Notes under the pieces: generated by a model
Database searches by the model: none
What the model saw: the letters and a program-made list of their open reading frames with translations, nothing else
Told to the model about the DNA's origin: nothing
Shown: piece after piece, positions 51,977 through 64,000 of the stretch
Layout: each line of letters starts with the position of its first letter
Numbering within the stretch: the stretch's first letter is position 1
Translations under genes and position numbers: made by a program
Origin: Podospora anserina
Lineage: Eukaryota
DNA length: 64,000 nt
NCBI GenBank assembly: GCA_017654855.1
Contig: CM030333.1
Coordinates: 4,154,001-4,218,000, forward strand
Reading direction: 5' to 3'

Positions 51977-54110
51977 ATGGGCTTCTTCTCGCGCATAAAA
52001 AAGAACAAGTCGCTTGATGGTGGTGGTGGTGGGGCGGCGCATTACGATCCTAGGTTCAGCAATGACCAAACGACAACACCACGATCCAACAGTTATGACC
52101 CGAGAGACTACCAACTATCCGGCTCTGGGTTCAGGGCCATGGTGACGGGCAATTCCCCTAGATTGATTGCCCAACTGCCCGAGGGGGTGCTACGGCGTAT
52201 CTTCGGACTGGTGTGCCCCCATGCCAGGGACGAGAGCTACGAGACGTTTGAGGGGAGCGCAATGATGATTGTTGGGGGGGAAGAGGAGAGGTGCATGCTT
52301 TGTGACATGAGGGATTTGGCGCATTGCGTTGGGGTGTGTAGACGGTGGAGGGGGGAGGGGGTCAAGGTTTTGTATGTGTCTCCCTTCATTGCACCACAGG
52401 ACAATGCTGATATTCTGGTTGGCGGGGGGGTTGAAAAGGTATCATAGTATACGACTCGATCCGGTGCATTACTGCCCTCTGGAACCGATACTTTCTGATC
52501 GAAGAAAACGCCGCTCTTTTTTTGACAGGAATGGCTCGCCGGAGGATCCGTGTTTGATGAGGCTGAAGCTGCTGTGTCGGACGTTGAGGGAGGACCCGGT
52601 TAGGAGGGGGGCGTTGGTGAGATATCTCAAGATGCCGTACATGCTTAGGGAAGCGGCGCAGGCGGATTTGGCGAGGACGATTGCGGTTACGCCGGGGTTG
52701 AGATATGTTGATTTACCAGAGGGCTTGTTTACCGACGAGCCGGGGTTTGTGACGTTGCGGCTGGAGGTCCAGGCGAGGTGTTTGGAGTTGAGGAAGATGA
52801 GCTACATGCGCGGGAGCGAGAACTCTTTGCAGGCGCTGGCGACGGGGAGGGTGTGGACGAGGCTGGAGGTGTTGGAGCTGAATAGGATGGGGATGGACGG
52901 GGGGATGTTGAGGTTGGTGTTGGGTGGGTTGGGGGGGTTGAAGGCGCTGAAGATGTCGGAGATGGATGTCGGGGATGAGGTTTTTTCGAGTGGGTGGGAG
53001 GAGCAGCTGCCTCCTTTTCCGGGGACGATCGAGGAATTGGTTTTGACCGACTGCAAGAATATCACTGGGGATGGCCTGAGGTCGTGGCTATCCACCTCCC
53101 CTGAATCACGAGAGCGGCTCCGGGTGCTGACCCTTAACAACACTGGTGTCCGCGTTTGGGGGCTACACTCGATCATATCCCTCGCTCGCGGATTGAAACA
53201 CCTCTCCATCGTCGAAAGGGTCACCGTCGCCATGCCTTCCTCTCCAGACCTCCAACCCCTCAGGAGCACCACCCTCGAAACCCTCCGCTACGAAATCACC
53301 TCCGCGACCCCAACCAAGAAATACGGCTCCCCACCACACAACTCCTCAAGCATAACCTCATCCTATTACACCTACCTGGCCACCTCCCTCCTATCAGGCG
53401 TCCTGCCACAACTCCGCTCCGCCTACGTAAGGGACACCACCTTCCCCGACCTCCTCCTCGGCCTACCGCCTCTCCCTTTACCCTCCTTTAGTTCCTCCCC
53501 CGCCCGACCAGGCAGCTCCTCCTCCATAACACCCTTTTCGTCATCCCCATCAAGACCCGCCAATTTCGGTGGTCTCCCCCCCTTACAACCCGGCTCCTCA
53601 CTACCCAACTCCAACCCCTTCACCCCCGGCCACCGCCCGCAAGGCAGCCTGTCCAGCCTCTCCCCCTTTGGTCAGAACCAACAACAAACCAATCGCTTCA
53701 GCAGCAACAACCCCTTCACCAGCCTCACCACCGCCCACAACGCCTTCCTCAACCTCCCCGCAAAGCTGGAAGTTTTTACAAAATCCGAAGAGGACGACGC
53801 GCTAAACTGGAATTTTGTCCGCATCGGCGGCGGCGGTGGCGGCGGTGGGAGACAAAACAAGGGGGAGAGACCACTAAGCAGTTACGGCTTGGGTGCTGAT
53901 ATCTTGGGTGACGCAGGCGGTTGGAGCTCTGGTGCCGGGGCAAGGAGGAGCGTGCTTGTTGGTGGGAGGGGGGAGGGAGGCGGCTTTTTGGCTGTTCCCA
54001 CTGATGTGCCGAGGGGGAGACAAGAGGAGGAACAGCAACAAGAAGAGTGGCCTAGGCCGAGGACGCGGGACGGGGAGGGGAGGAGGGAGAGGTTGGATTT
54101 GTGGAGGTGA
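51977..54110 (+). CDS. F-box / leucine-rich-repeat (RNI-like) protein; intron 52372-52438
   Basis: LIAQLPEGVLRRIFGLVCPH...CMLCDMRDLAHCVGVCRRWR (F-box-like) followed by LxxLxL repeats (LEVLEL, LKALKM, IEELVLTDC, LRVLTL, LKHLSI). Confidence 0.8.
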
Positions 54111-54777
54111 TATATACACGATACAATGGCGTGGCTGGGACAATGAAAGGGTTGATAATGGGATACATGAATGGCATATGACGACGGTGGGTTGGGTTGG
54201 GATGGGGTATATACATCTTTTTTTCTTTGGGAGCGATTTTTTTTTTTTGACGAGCGTGGGCAAAAAAGGAATTTGCGTGTACTATACCCCTTTTTTTTTT
54301 TTTCTTTCTTTTTACTGGCAGGAACCTGTCTACCTAGGCAGAAAAGCATAACCGCATTTCAACTTTCACATTTCAAGAATACAAATATCATCTCATGTTC
54401 TGAATAACGTTAGACTGCCTTGGCCGCTTTAACGTGACCTACATCCTCACACAACACAACATCAACCTCACAGCCTGTTGAGACACCATAAACAAAAATC
54501 TCATCAATCATAGTACATTACACCCCAAATACATCCCGGCACTTTCAATATGCATGTCGCATACAATCTACACAATGTGCTTAACTAGGTACATACAATA
54601 ATTTCAAAAAAGCCTCCCCCCTCCCATCCATTCCATCCATGAGCCATTTCCCTTCTCGTACACCCACCCAACACCAATTTTTTTCAGAAACTCATTTTTC
54701 GTCCCATGAATATGCTAGACTCAATGCTTGCTAATTATACTAACCGAGCACGCTCAAAGAAAAAGACCGGCTCTTGC

Positions 54778-57146
54778 TTAGTTGCCGTTGACGTGAGGGG
54801 GCGTCGCCGCTCCGCTGGGTTGCTTGGTTCGAAGGGTGAGAGGGAACGGGTACTCATCGGGGTCCTCTTCCTCACTGTCGTATCAAGGTCAGCAAAGGTT
54901 TCAAAGCAAAAAATGCAGTAGACCAAAGTAAAACTTACGGAAGCTTCCACGCGACGTAGTCCTCAGTGCTGAGTCCCTCCCGACCCTCCTGGAGACTGGC
55001 AAAGTCGCCAGGAGTCATCATGCCGGTCCTGTCCCTGGGCGAGCCAGGCACCGAGAATGGCCGCGAGATCTTTTGCTCGGGGCCAGGAATGTAGTCCTCC
55101 TCCTCGTCACCATTGAACGAGGTTGGGTAGGCCCGTCTGAGGGCGAGCTGGCGAGCCTTGACATATTCCATGCCCATACGCTTCCAGTCAAGGAGGTCGC
55201 TCAGACGCTCCGTCCGGTTGCGCTGGTTGATGCGCTGGCGACGGCTCTTTTGTGTAAAGTCAAACATGCTCGAGGTAAGCTGGTTGACCGAGTCGTCCAC
55301 ACCCTTGTTACGGCGGTCGACGATGTAGATACCATAATCGCTCGAATTCTCAATCAACTCCTCCATGTAGCAGCCAAAACCGGAAAGGTTGGTTGTTATG
55401 CTGGGCACACCCATCACGGTGCATTCGGCTGGCGTGTAGCCCCATGGCTCGTAGTACGACGCAAAGACACCCAAGTGTGTGCCACGCACAAAGTCGTCGT
55501 AGTCAAGCGGGAGCACCGGGTTCGCAGAGTTCAGGAACTCTGGGTGGAAGATGATCTTGACGCGGTCCGATGGGTGGTTGAAGAGCTGTACCCGACGGAT
55601 CTGGTTCAGAATAGGATCCTCGCTGTCGTTGATCATGTTGTGCGTGACAATAGGGGGAAGTCCGTGCCTCTTCATGGCAAAGAGACGGCGACGAAGCAAG
55701 ACACGGTCCTGGCTGGTGAGGATCTCCTTGTCATCAGGCATCGGCTCTCCGTCGTGCCATTTGAGGGAGCGTTCGAAAATGCGTCTGCCAATGTTGCGCT
55801 CAATCGTGTCCACGGTGTCTCTGAGCGACTTGATAACGGCCTGGCCCTTGAGGGCCTCCACAGTCAGCGAGGTGGTCTGGGCGGGCATGATGATAAAGGC
55901 AACGACGGTGGTCTTGCTGCCAGAGCTCTTGAGGCGGTGGTTCAGACGAGCGAGGGACTCGATGAACATGTCTACACCCTTATTCCGGAACTCGTAGCGA
56001 CCAGCCGTGAAGAAGTAGAGAGTGTTTTCAGGATCGAAATCGTAGTGACCATAGAAGTGACCGCGGACAAAGTCGTGGATCTTCTCCTTGGACTGTTGGT
56101 GAAGGTTCTGGAACTCATGCATGGCGGAGAACTTGGTGACGTTGAGACCATTGGGCAGCACTCCGTCGGGCTTGCGCTTCAAGAGATGCTCGCTCTCGTA
56201 CGCGGTAATGTGCGAGACGGTGGTGAAGACATCACAGGAGTGAGCCGACGCCCGCTCGATGCAGTACCGATGGTAGATACCGCGCTTGCCAGCCTCGGCG
56301 TCGACGTCAAAGTATTGCAGGTTGTTGTAGAAATCGACCGAGCCGGCGCAGAGGTACCGACCGAGAAGCGTAGCGTGGGTGGTGAAGATGGTGGTAACAT
56401 CAATACGGCGCCTCTTGCACAGAGGAAGGGCGACACCGGCGAGCCACTCGTGGAAGTGGGCAATGACAGCCTTCTTCTTTTCGTGGCACACAAACTAGAA
56501 CATGGTGTCAGTGAAACCGTTGCTTTGGGCGGGTTGTAAGACCCGGAACAATACCTCTCCAAGGAACCATGCGACAAGGTAACCAAACACAACAGCCTCG
56601 TTTGTTTCCTCGTCATTATCAGGGGAGGGGATAGAGGCCACGTTCCACAGATCCGTCTTCCACTCGTTCAGATAATGATATGCGGTTTTCGTGTCAAAGA
56701 GAAGGACTCTTGGCGCACCCTCGATCAGCCAGCGACCATACAGAATACCAATGCCACGATCCCTCATGGACTGAATCGTCGCAGCAAGCTCGGGGTTGGT
56801 GGGTTCGATCGCCTCGACCTCGACGGCCGCCTGAAGGGGGGTGTTAACTGCATGGTCACGGTCCCCAATGGGGGCTAATGCAGGGCAGGAGAAACTCACA
56901 GACTGGTGATTAAGGGGTCCGATGAGCGTGTAACGGTCGCCATATTCAGCAGTTGTTACTGGAGCCTTGGACTTGATCACAGAGTAGATACCACCAACTG
57001 TGCAACGAACACCCCGGTCAGCGAAGGTTCGAGAGTGTTATTGCTTGAGAGCACATATCCAACATACCACGATGCGCCACTTCTGTCGCAATCTCGAAGA
57101 GGAGGTGGTTCCTGACCTCGCGAGGTTCGCGTCCGTCGTCTGCCAT
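54778..57146 (-). CDS. gsy1: Glycogen synthase; exons 57146-57068, 56997-56900, 56830-56555, 56494-54939, 54874-54778
   Basis: [64 protein letters not shown], and regulatory RPFSVPGSP phosphosites. Confidence 0.97.
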
Positions 57147-59772
57147 TTCGGAAATCTGAGAGGTGTCGTTTGGCTTCGAAAGTAACTTTGGCGGTTTCAA
57201 GTCAGCACAAGGCAAAGAGCTGAGAGGTTCGTTGATGGATGATGCAATGGTCGAAGAAATAGGTCAGACCCAAGATGCGGGGGAGGGGAAACGGGTTGCA
57301 GATGCGGTTCGGCCGGTGGATTATTGGGCCCAACAAAATCAAGGAAAAAACCGAAATAACGAATAACGGGTATTTGAGGAAGAAATATAGTTCGAAAACC
57401 CACCCCGGAAATGTATGCTAATAAAAAATGTTCTCGCGAGACCCAAGGGAGAGGTTGGGGTCAGCTCAGCTCAGGGCGGCCGGGCACAGAAGTTGTCTTA
57501 TAGGGGAACCGCAAGCAACAAGAAATGTGACGTCGGATCCGAATGTCGCGAAACGCAGGAATCGAAGCGCGGCTGGGCAACGGCAAAGCACGTTGGAATC
57601 TCCCGAAATTGGAAAGAAGTCGAGAATAGGATCACGGGGAGACGGGAAGGGGGAGGCGTCTGCCGCAGAATGGCGCTGGGCTTGGTGGGCTGGCAAGGCT
57701 GGGGCTGTTGGTTGGACAATGGCAACTGGATGACACAGGGCACAAGCAGTGTCTTGTTGTTGAGTGAGAGGGGCGGGGAAGCTTGTATCAAGTAGCTTGG
57801 GGTTTGAGTTGGTTTATAGTGCCCTGGTGGTGCTCCGGGCTGTTAGGAAAGGCACCGAGGGGGATGGAGGTGAAAGACGGCGGCGCTTGGGTTCTTGCAG
57901 GGACCGGGGAGCTTCTCGCAGCTACTGCAGTCTGATGCACTTGGTGCCCGTACCAGCCCAAGAGAACCTCTTCTGCAGCAGCTCACGCAGCTCTTCCAGG
58001 ATGCCAATGGGGTGATGCGTGGATGCCCTGCAGCGATGGAACATCAGGTGGGGACCTTTGGGAGCTGCTTCGCTGCCTTACTGGACTGCTGCGGGTGCAT
58101 CGAGATGGATCGCAGACCTTCTGGCGTCGAACAAGCCGGTAATATGCAGTTTTGCCGACCAACCCCCTCGCTTCTCGACCATCAACGTTAGGTCCTTCGT
58201 TGGGTTTTTTTTTTTGAGAGACTGAGAGCTTTTCCCAACACAAGGGATCCAACGTTTGCTGGTCTGTTAGAGATAACGCCATGATTCATCGATTCCACCC
58301 GTCTCGCACTCCCCTTCAGCTGCCCCTCCCCCGATGCGAGTCTTCAATCTTCCATCCAAGCCCAAACACCACACCACCACCGGGCAGCCCTACTGCGTAC
58401 CTATCCATCGCCCGCTTATTGGCACAGGAACTCTGCTAACCGCCACCGTTGCCAAGCCAGTCCGCTCGGGGATAAAATCATGAAATGTTTGTCTTTACAA
58501 TTGTCTATCACTTCTGTCTGGTAGAGACATGGATAGCAGCTGGAGGAGCTCTATCTCTTGCGTCATTCCGTTGATCGCGGACCCCCGGCCGGGCTTAGTC
58601 ATCATGACGACGGCGGGCCCTTGATCTGTGTTGCGCACTGGGCATCAGCACGTCAAGGTTCCACACGAAACTGGGGCTCGATGAAACGGCATGTCATTGC
58701 CCTGGCCTCCTATTCGCTGGCCTTTTGACTATCAACGAACATCAACGACATATATTCTCCCTTCAACCCGAGCGACACATCTCGACGCGAACACCTCTTC
58801 CCACTCAGGCATCTATGCCTGAACATCGCAAATTATGTTAGGCATCCAGTCACTCAATGCCAATGGCCCAAGTCCGTTCCAGGCTACGAGACGGCATGTG
58901 AATGGTTTGCTAGAAATCCCTCAATGCGGGCACTCATCAATTCCCAACACCTTGATATCGGGCCATGCCGTTATGGCGAGCAACGATAAGATGAATCCTA
59001 TCCAGAAGACTGCCTCTTGTGTCTGATGAAGAGGCGCGGCAAAAGTTGGGTCTGTTGGCGTCTACACACTGAGCCTCACGGGACTTCTAAAAATAGAACA
59101 TCAAGGGAGTTTCAGATGACTTCCAACCACAAAGACTTGGTGAACAAGATCTTTGTGTGCTCGGCTCCTAACTCGGTAACCGTGTTGTCTTCTTCTGACA
59201 ATGCACTGCTCGTCATGTCATGAAACTGGTCATGATGGTTACGGCAATATACGCAGTCAGAGCTGTGTGGTGGTAAAACTTGCTTTGCTATGGGCTTCAA
59301 CTCGGGCACATTTATTTGACAATGATGGCGATGTCCGATTATTTTCGACATGAGATCTGCTGTGTCTCACAGTCATACCCATGTACCAATCGAGAGACTA
59401 CTGTCATGAAGGAAAAGTCTATTTTCACCTCGACACAACGTCGAAGCGTGGAGGACCAGCTTCCAAGAGGAACATGGCATTGTGTCCGTGGAAGACAAAG
59501 AGGTATACTCGGAAACTGGCATGTCCGTATCTGCGCCCTCTTTCAACTCGAACAAATGGAACAAAGACATCGTCTGAGTCACAACGTATATAAACTTCCG
59601 CCCGCCCCTGGGAAGTAAGTAATCTGGTCTGCCATTCAATCTTCCATTCATCAAACTTCAACAACTTTCATTCATTTCATTACCAGCGTCACTTTTTGAG
59701 TTTATAACAGAGCCAGGTTCTTCCAAGTATCTCAGGTAAGTCTCTCTGATAGAGCCGCGTCTACTAATCACC

Positions 59773-60735
59773 ATGGGGAAGAACCGCAACAGAAACAAGA
59801 ACGGTGGAGGTGGCAACAACCAGGGGGGTAACAATCCTCACCAAGGTAACAACTCTCACCAAGGCAACAGCTCCCACCATGGCAGCAACTCTCACCAAGG
59901 TAACAACTCCAACCGCGGCAACAACCACCACAACGTTAATAATAATAATCACAACAACAAGCAGAACAGCGGGCGTAATGGCAAGTGGAACAACAAGTGG
60001 AACAGGAACCACGGCAATAACCAGAATGGCAAGGGCAATAACAACCAGAACGGTAACAACAGTAACACCGGGAGCCAGAATGGCAACAGGAATAACAACA
60101 ATAACCAAAATGGAAACTGGAATAACAGCAACAACCAGACCGGGCACTGGAAGAAACGGCGTCAGCAATACTGGCAGCTCATTGCCGGAGCAGAGCACGT
60201 GGGTCAAAGCCAAGTTCTCAGCATGTTCCTGTGCCATAGCATCCGGATAGGTCTGCTAGCACAAAGCTACGCAACCGTGTGTCACGCAACCGGAGGCTAC
60301 AAGTCCACAGACGAGTTTATCACCAAGCACAGAGCCCAAATCCACGACTGCGAGTTGTTTTGCGTCCAAGGCCGGTTCCAGGACCCGTCCATCACACCAC
60401 ATTCCCTCGCCGACAAGATCGAACAGTTCCTGGAGCAGCACGCGGCATTCATTTACGAGCAATGGATCCTGCACGACCACCTAACCCACTATCCTGGCTT
60501 CAGAATGGAGGACTTTCTCGCTTATATCCGGGGCTTCTCTACCCACTCCTGGGAGCCTGTCATCAACGCGGAGGGTGCGCAGGGGAATGACACTGATGAG
60601 GATGTTGTCATGGTTGACGACGGGAGCAGTCATACGATTTACCTCGCCCAGCTTTGCAAATTTGCGCCGCTGCCTTACCTCACTGTTAGGTTTGGTCTTG
60701 TTGACCCGGATGTACCGGGGCATAGTTTTATGTAG
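59773..60735 (+). CDS. Hypothetical protein with an approximately 125-aa Asn/Gly/His/Gln-rich prion-like N-terminus and an unrecognised globular C-terminal domain
   Basis: 320-aa ORF, ATG in CACCATGG context, TATA-like TATATAAA near 59587, C-ending codon bias typical of the neighbouring genes. Confidence 0.75.
   Translation: MGKNRNRNKNGGGGNNQGGNNPHQGNNSHQGNSSHHGSNSHQGNNSNRGNNHHNVNNNNHNNKQNSGRNGKWNNKWNRNHGNNQNGKGNNNQNGNNSNTGSQNGNRNNNNNQNGNWNNSNNQTGHWKKRRQQYWQLIAGAEHVGQSQVLSMFLCHSIRIGLLAQSYATVCHATGGYKSTDEFITKHRAQIHDCELFCVQGRFQDPSITPHSLADKIEQFLEQHAAFIYEQWILHDHLTHYPGFRMEDFLAYIRGFSTHSWEPVINAEGAQGNDTDEDVVMVDDGSSHTIYLAQLCKFAPLPYLTVRFGLVDPDVPGHSFM
59821..59928 (+). repeat. 18-bp coding tandem repeat (about 6 units, consensus CACCAAGGYAACAACTCY = HQGNNS)
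   Basis: Near-identical units start at 59839, 59857, 59875 and 59893, with degenerate units at 59821 and 59911. Confidence 0.85.
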
Positions 60736-63361
60736 GTTCTCGTCGTTTGGTTTTGTAAGGTGTGTATTTGTAGGAGGAGGTGGTATAACGAAAAGCGCAT
60801 AAACAAAAGCATAGACGGAGCGAGGCTGGATCCTCTGCTCAATAGGGGCACTCGGTATAGAGAGTGCGACCCAACACAGCTAATTCTGATACTTAATCAT
60901 TTGGAACGAAGTAAAACATCAAGACCCCATTCATTTATTTGACTTTGAAAATGTGATGTCCATGCCCGTTGATCAATTCTCGATACCTTACTGTACCCAA
61001 ATATTGAGGATGAAGAAGGGCGCATCCCACGCTTGGCTGGAGCCATCTTATTCAATGACCTTACAAAGGAACCACAGTTCTCCAGAACTGAAGCCCAAGT
61101 GAAATCTTAGCATTGTCTTTGGTGATGTGCAGCTCCGGGTATAGGGTTAGGGTTACTGCCATGTCAGCTGGAAGGGGGGTCACGGGGTTTAGTTACGTGG
61201 ACCGTGCGCTGCAACGGCCTAACTTGGCTGGCGCGCTGGCCAGAGCTGAACTTCCACAAACAATTCCACTCCCCAAAGCACTTCATTCTCCGACCACCAA
61301 CCGCGACGACTCTCAACGCGGATTCAAGCACACTACGCCTTCTTCTATCGAAGCCTTTTTGCATCTCGAAATACTCTGTCCTATCCGTACGCGTATCTAT
61401 CATGACGGCGAGATCGGAACCATGGAGAGCCCGCAATTCAAGCTCGGTGCGGGGCTTTGTTCTTCCAGCCGGCAGCTTGGACATCATCAATACCTAACTT
61501 GCCAGCACTACGGATTCGACATAGCGGGCGGGACAGACACCGATTCACTTGCCTCATGGTGAAACATGGCTGGGAAAGAATGATAATGGCCGACATTTGA
61601 TACTCCGATTTGATTCAACTCTGTTTAAGCGCTTATCATGTCGGATTCCGCTCGACCCTACCCTCCATCCCCCACCCAGTCTGCGACCTCCGACCAGCAG
61701 CTTCTGCATCATTACACAACACACCAGCAAGCCAGCGCCCTTCCTGGATCCTCGCCTTGCCGTAGGCCGAGCAGCTACACCATTTTCGTCCAAGGTGGTT
61801 GTATGTGACAATCGAAGCAGGGGGATGACCTGGCCACAAATTGAAGTGGGCTGGATGACGCCAAAAGTGACCTACAATCACTGCTTTGGTCCCCACGGTT
61901 GATACACTTCATGGCCAACAGTATTTGTGGCTGCTTGCACCGCGTCCTTTTTACAGCACATGAACTACCTACAACACCACGCCACTCCAACGACCTTCTG
62001 GGAAGAGCTGGAATATCTGCTTGACAATTGCCCCACGGTCTTGCGAGTATTTGCAGTTTGCCTCGTGGTCCAATCCACGTCAGCCATCCCAAGGGTTTTC
62101 TGTTTTTATCCAGGCATTGTGCCAGGCACATGAGGCTCTCTTGGTTGTACTCCGGTATGATCAGGAGGATGTCGTCTCGAAACTGCCGGGGCGCGATGCC
62201 ATGACACCCCGACTTTTCTGATGATCAACTTTTGCATTCCTTCCGCAGATGTTGCTGCCGTACGTTTGGCGTATGGCACAACACCGTCTTGCAAAAGCTA
62301 CGCCAGGAACAGAGTCCCATACACTAACAGCTTCAGAGAAGCCCAGAATTAGCCCATCACGATGGCGGAGGTCAAGGGGGGAAAACCGACTTGTGTGGGA
62401 GCACGGTGGAAATCGTAAAGCAAATCTATCTTGCCGTATATAGTTTACGTGGTGTTGCAGCTTGATGAACAAGTGTTAGCAACAGCCTCAGCATTTAGAT
62501 GCTGCCTGGGGCTGTTTTTCAAGCTGGGGCCAGGGTCGGTGGGCAGGGATGACAGGTTCTGAGTGGGCTCAAGAAGAGCCTCGATGCCTTCTTTGTAAAT
62601 GCCCATTCTGGTGGTGCTGAACACAACGCTTGACAGGAAGAGCTCGCCTGGTCTGGCGATGATCCTCTTCGAAGGCAAGAGGAGTCGCAGGGAGTATTTG
62701 GGGTCCAACTCCTGGTGTCTGGGAGGACGGGCCCGATGACACGGACAGCGATCTGATCTCTCAGTTTTGGAGAACTTCCACGATGGTGTAGGAGGTCCAT
62801 GGCGAGAGCTGCCCCTCACCTCAACCTCGAACGCAACCGCACAAGTCCTTGGGCATTTCAATTCAACACCGAACAGGAGCTCGAGGTTGTTGCAATTTCT
62901 AACGCATCGCCATTCAGCCACCACCCAGGTCGATCCTAGCCAAAACTAACAGCAATTTGCAAAAAAAGGCACCCTGCATCTTATCAGCTGCAGGCTCTCG
63001 GCAGATGCGGGCTTGCTTCCAGGTTATCAGCATCTGAGGTTGTTCTGCCAGAGTCGCCGAGTTTGGGCAAGGCGAGGCTGTGGTTTCTTTGATGGGATTG
63101 GCTGGGAGCGCACACAGCCAGGCAGAGGACGGACGGGACAGACGTTTTTCAGATTCCCACGCTGGATTTGCAATTGCTCTCTCTGCTCTCCCAGGTCGCT
63201 GTCGGTGCTGCGTCTACAGCGGACCTGTAGGCGCTGGCTGGGCTGACAGCTCCGGCCCACAGCGACAACCCCTGTCTCTCGGCTATGGAAAGGCCGCCTT
63301 GACCAACTGAAGTCACCCCAACTAACCCAAAGTCAAATATTGAATCCCGTCTCGTGCTGCG

Positions 63362-64000
63362 ATGGACCACCAGCACCAGCACCAGCACAAGCACCAGCAG
63401 TCCTCAGCACAGCGTCGGCGTCGAAACTTTGGTCCACCGCCCAATGGCAGCCACCGTCCTCTCGAACGCCAACAAATCCACCCTCGGGTTGAGCATGATC
63501 TCGGCATGACTACTTCACGCAGACCGTCCGAACCCGCCGCCGCCGCTGCCGTGAATCGGTCCTCTGCACCTGCTCGCGAACGAGATAGAGAAAGAGAGCG
63601 AGACAGGAAACAGCAACACCAGCAACACCAGCACCAGCACCGCCATCCTCCCTCACCATTGCCGAATCCGAACCTTCCACCACCACCACCGCCGCCGCCA
63701 CCTCCCCCTCCCCGAGGCCGTTCCCCGCAGTCATCAAAGTCTGAATATCCCCATCGCCGTCGCGACCGGAGCCGCAGCACCGATTACCGCCCCAGTCGTT
63801 CCTCTCGCCCATCTCAGCGTTCGCCCCATAGCCGTCGAGACCGTTCCCGCGAGCGTGACCGTGATCGTGGCCGTGACCGCGAACCAGCCCGCTCCCGCGA
63901 TCGCCATCCACCGGCGGACCGCCACCGTTCACGGGAAAGGTCTTCCAGGTCTAGGAAAGACGCTCGCGATCGTCAGGGTTCTCGCTCTCGCCGGCGTGCA
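63362..64000 (+). CDS. 5' part of an Arg/Ser/Asp-rich (RS/RD-repeat), Pro-rich nuclear protein, truncated by the window end; possibly a CTD kinase (Ctk1/CDK12-like) or splicing factor
   Basis: Open frame from ATG 63362 to the end: MDHQHQHQHKHQQ...RERDRERERDR...PPPPPPPP...RRRDRSRS...RDRSRERDRDRGRDR; no catalytic domain is visible. Confidence 0.7.
   Translation, partial: MDHQHQHQHKHQQSSAQRRRRNFGPPPNGSHRPLERQQIHPRVEHDLGMTTSRRPSEPAAAAAVNRSSAPARERDRERERDRKQQHQQHQHQHRHPPSPLPNPNLPPPPPPPPPPPPRGRSPQSSKSEYPHRRRDRSRSTDYRPSRSSRPSQRSPHSRRDRSRERDRDRGRDREPARSRDRHPPADRHRSRERSSRSRKDARDRQGSRSRRRA

Noticed and set aside
55073-56539. 488-aa ORF antisense to glycogen synthase
   Set aside because: Codon-register shadow of a strongly biased gene; no recognisable motifs
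57150-57800. STRE (AGGGG) and CreA-like (SYGGRG) motifs in the glycogen synthase promoter
   Set aside because: Biologically plausible, but too short and frequent in this G-run-rich DNA to support individually
59804-60250. Thr-rich alternative frame and hydrophobic antisense ORFs over the N-rich gene
   Set aside because: By-products of AAC-rich repeats; the Asn frame has the good start context and continues into a globular domain

Overview
Eukaryotic genomic DNA from a filamentous ascomycete. Short GT-AG introns with CTAAC/CTGAC branch points and the gene set point to a Sordariomycete, and the C-rich/G-rich blocky composition suggests a Podospora-like Sordariales species (inference). The window holds about 21 mostly housekeeping genes: malic enzyme (3' end), a 2EXR protein, a giant acidic protein with OB folds at both ends (POT1/Telo_bind-like C-terminus), FMO, an ARO8-like aminotransferase, LTV1, LSG1, mitochondrial uL5, FES1, actin, a GGQ peptidyl-tRNA hydrolase, a small SPT subunit, ELP2, URM1, Mis6/CENP-I, an Ngs1-like tandem GNAT protein lacking its GH3 barrel, TSC2, CSE1, an F-box/LRR protein, glycogen synthase, an N/G/H-rich prion-like orphan, and the start of an RS-rich protein. 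I saw no transposon, tRNA, rRNA or CRISPR array. The main observations are: (1) ELP2 and URM1, two arms of tRNA U34 modification, sit head-to-head 314 bp apart; (2) a prion-like orphan has its start codon inside a well-formed putative intron; (3) the double-OB protein carries an array of xQT LC8-like motifs; (4) the window shows periodic, strand-independent C-to-G skew switches; (5) a 5.3 kb gap lies between convergent genes and contains a palindrome cluster; (6) there are clear HSE, MCB and telobox-like promoter motifs. Exon boundaries were derived by eye and no database searches were run.
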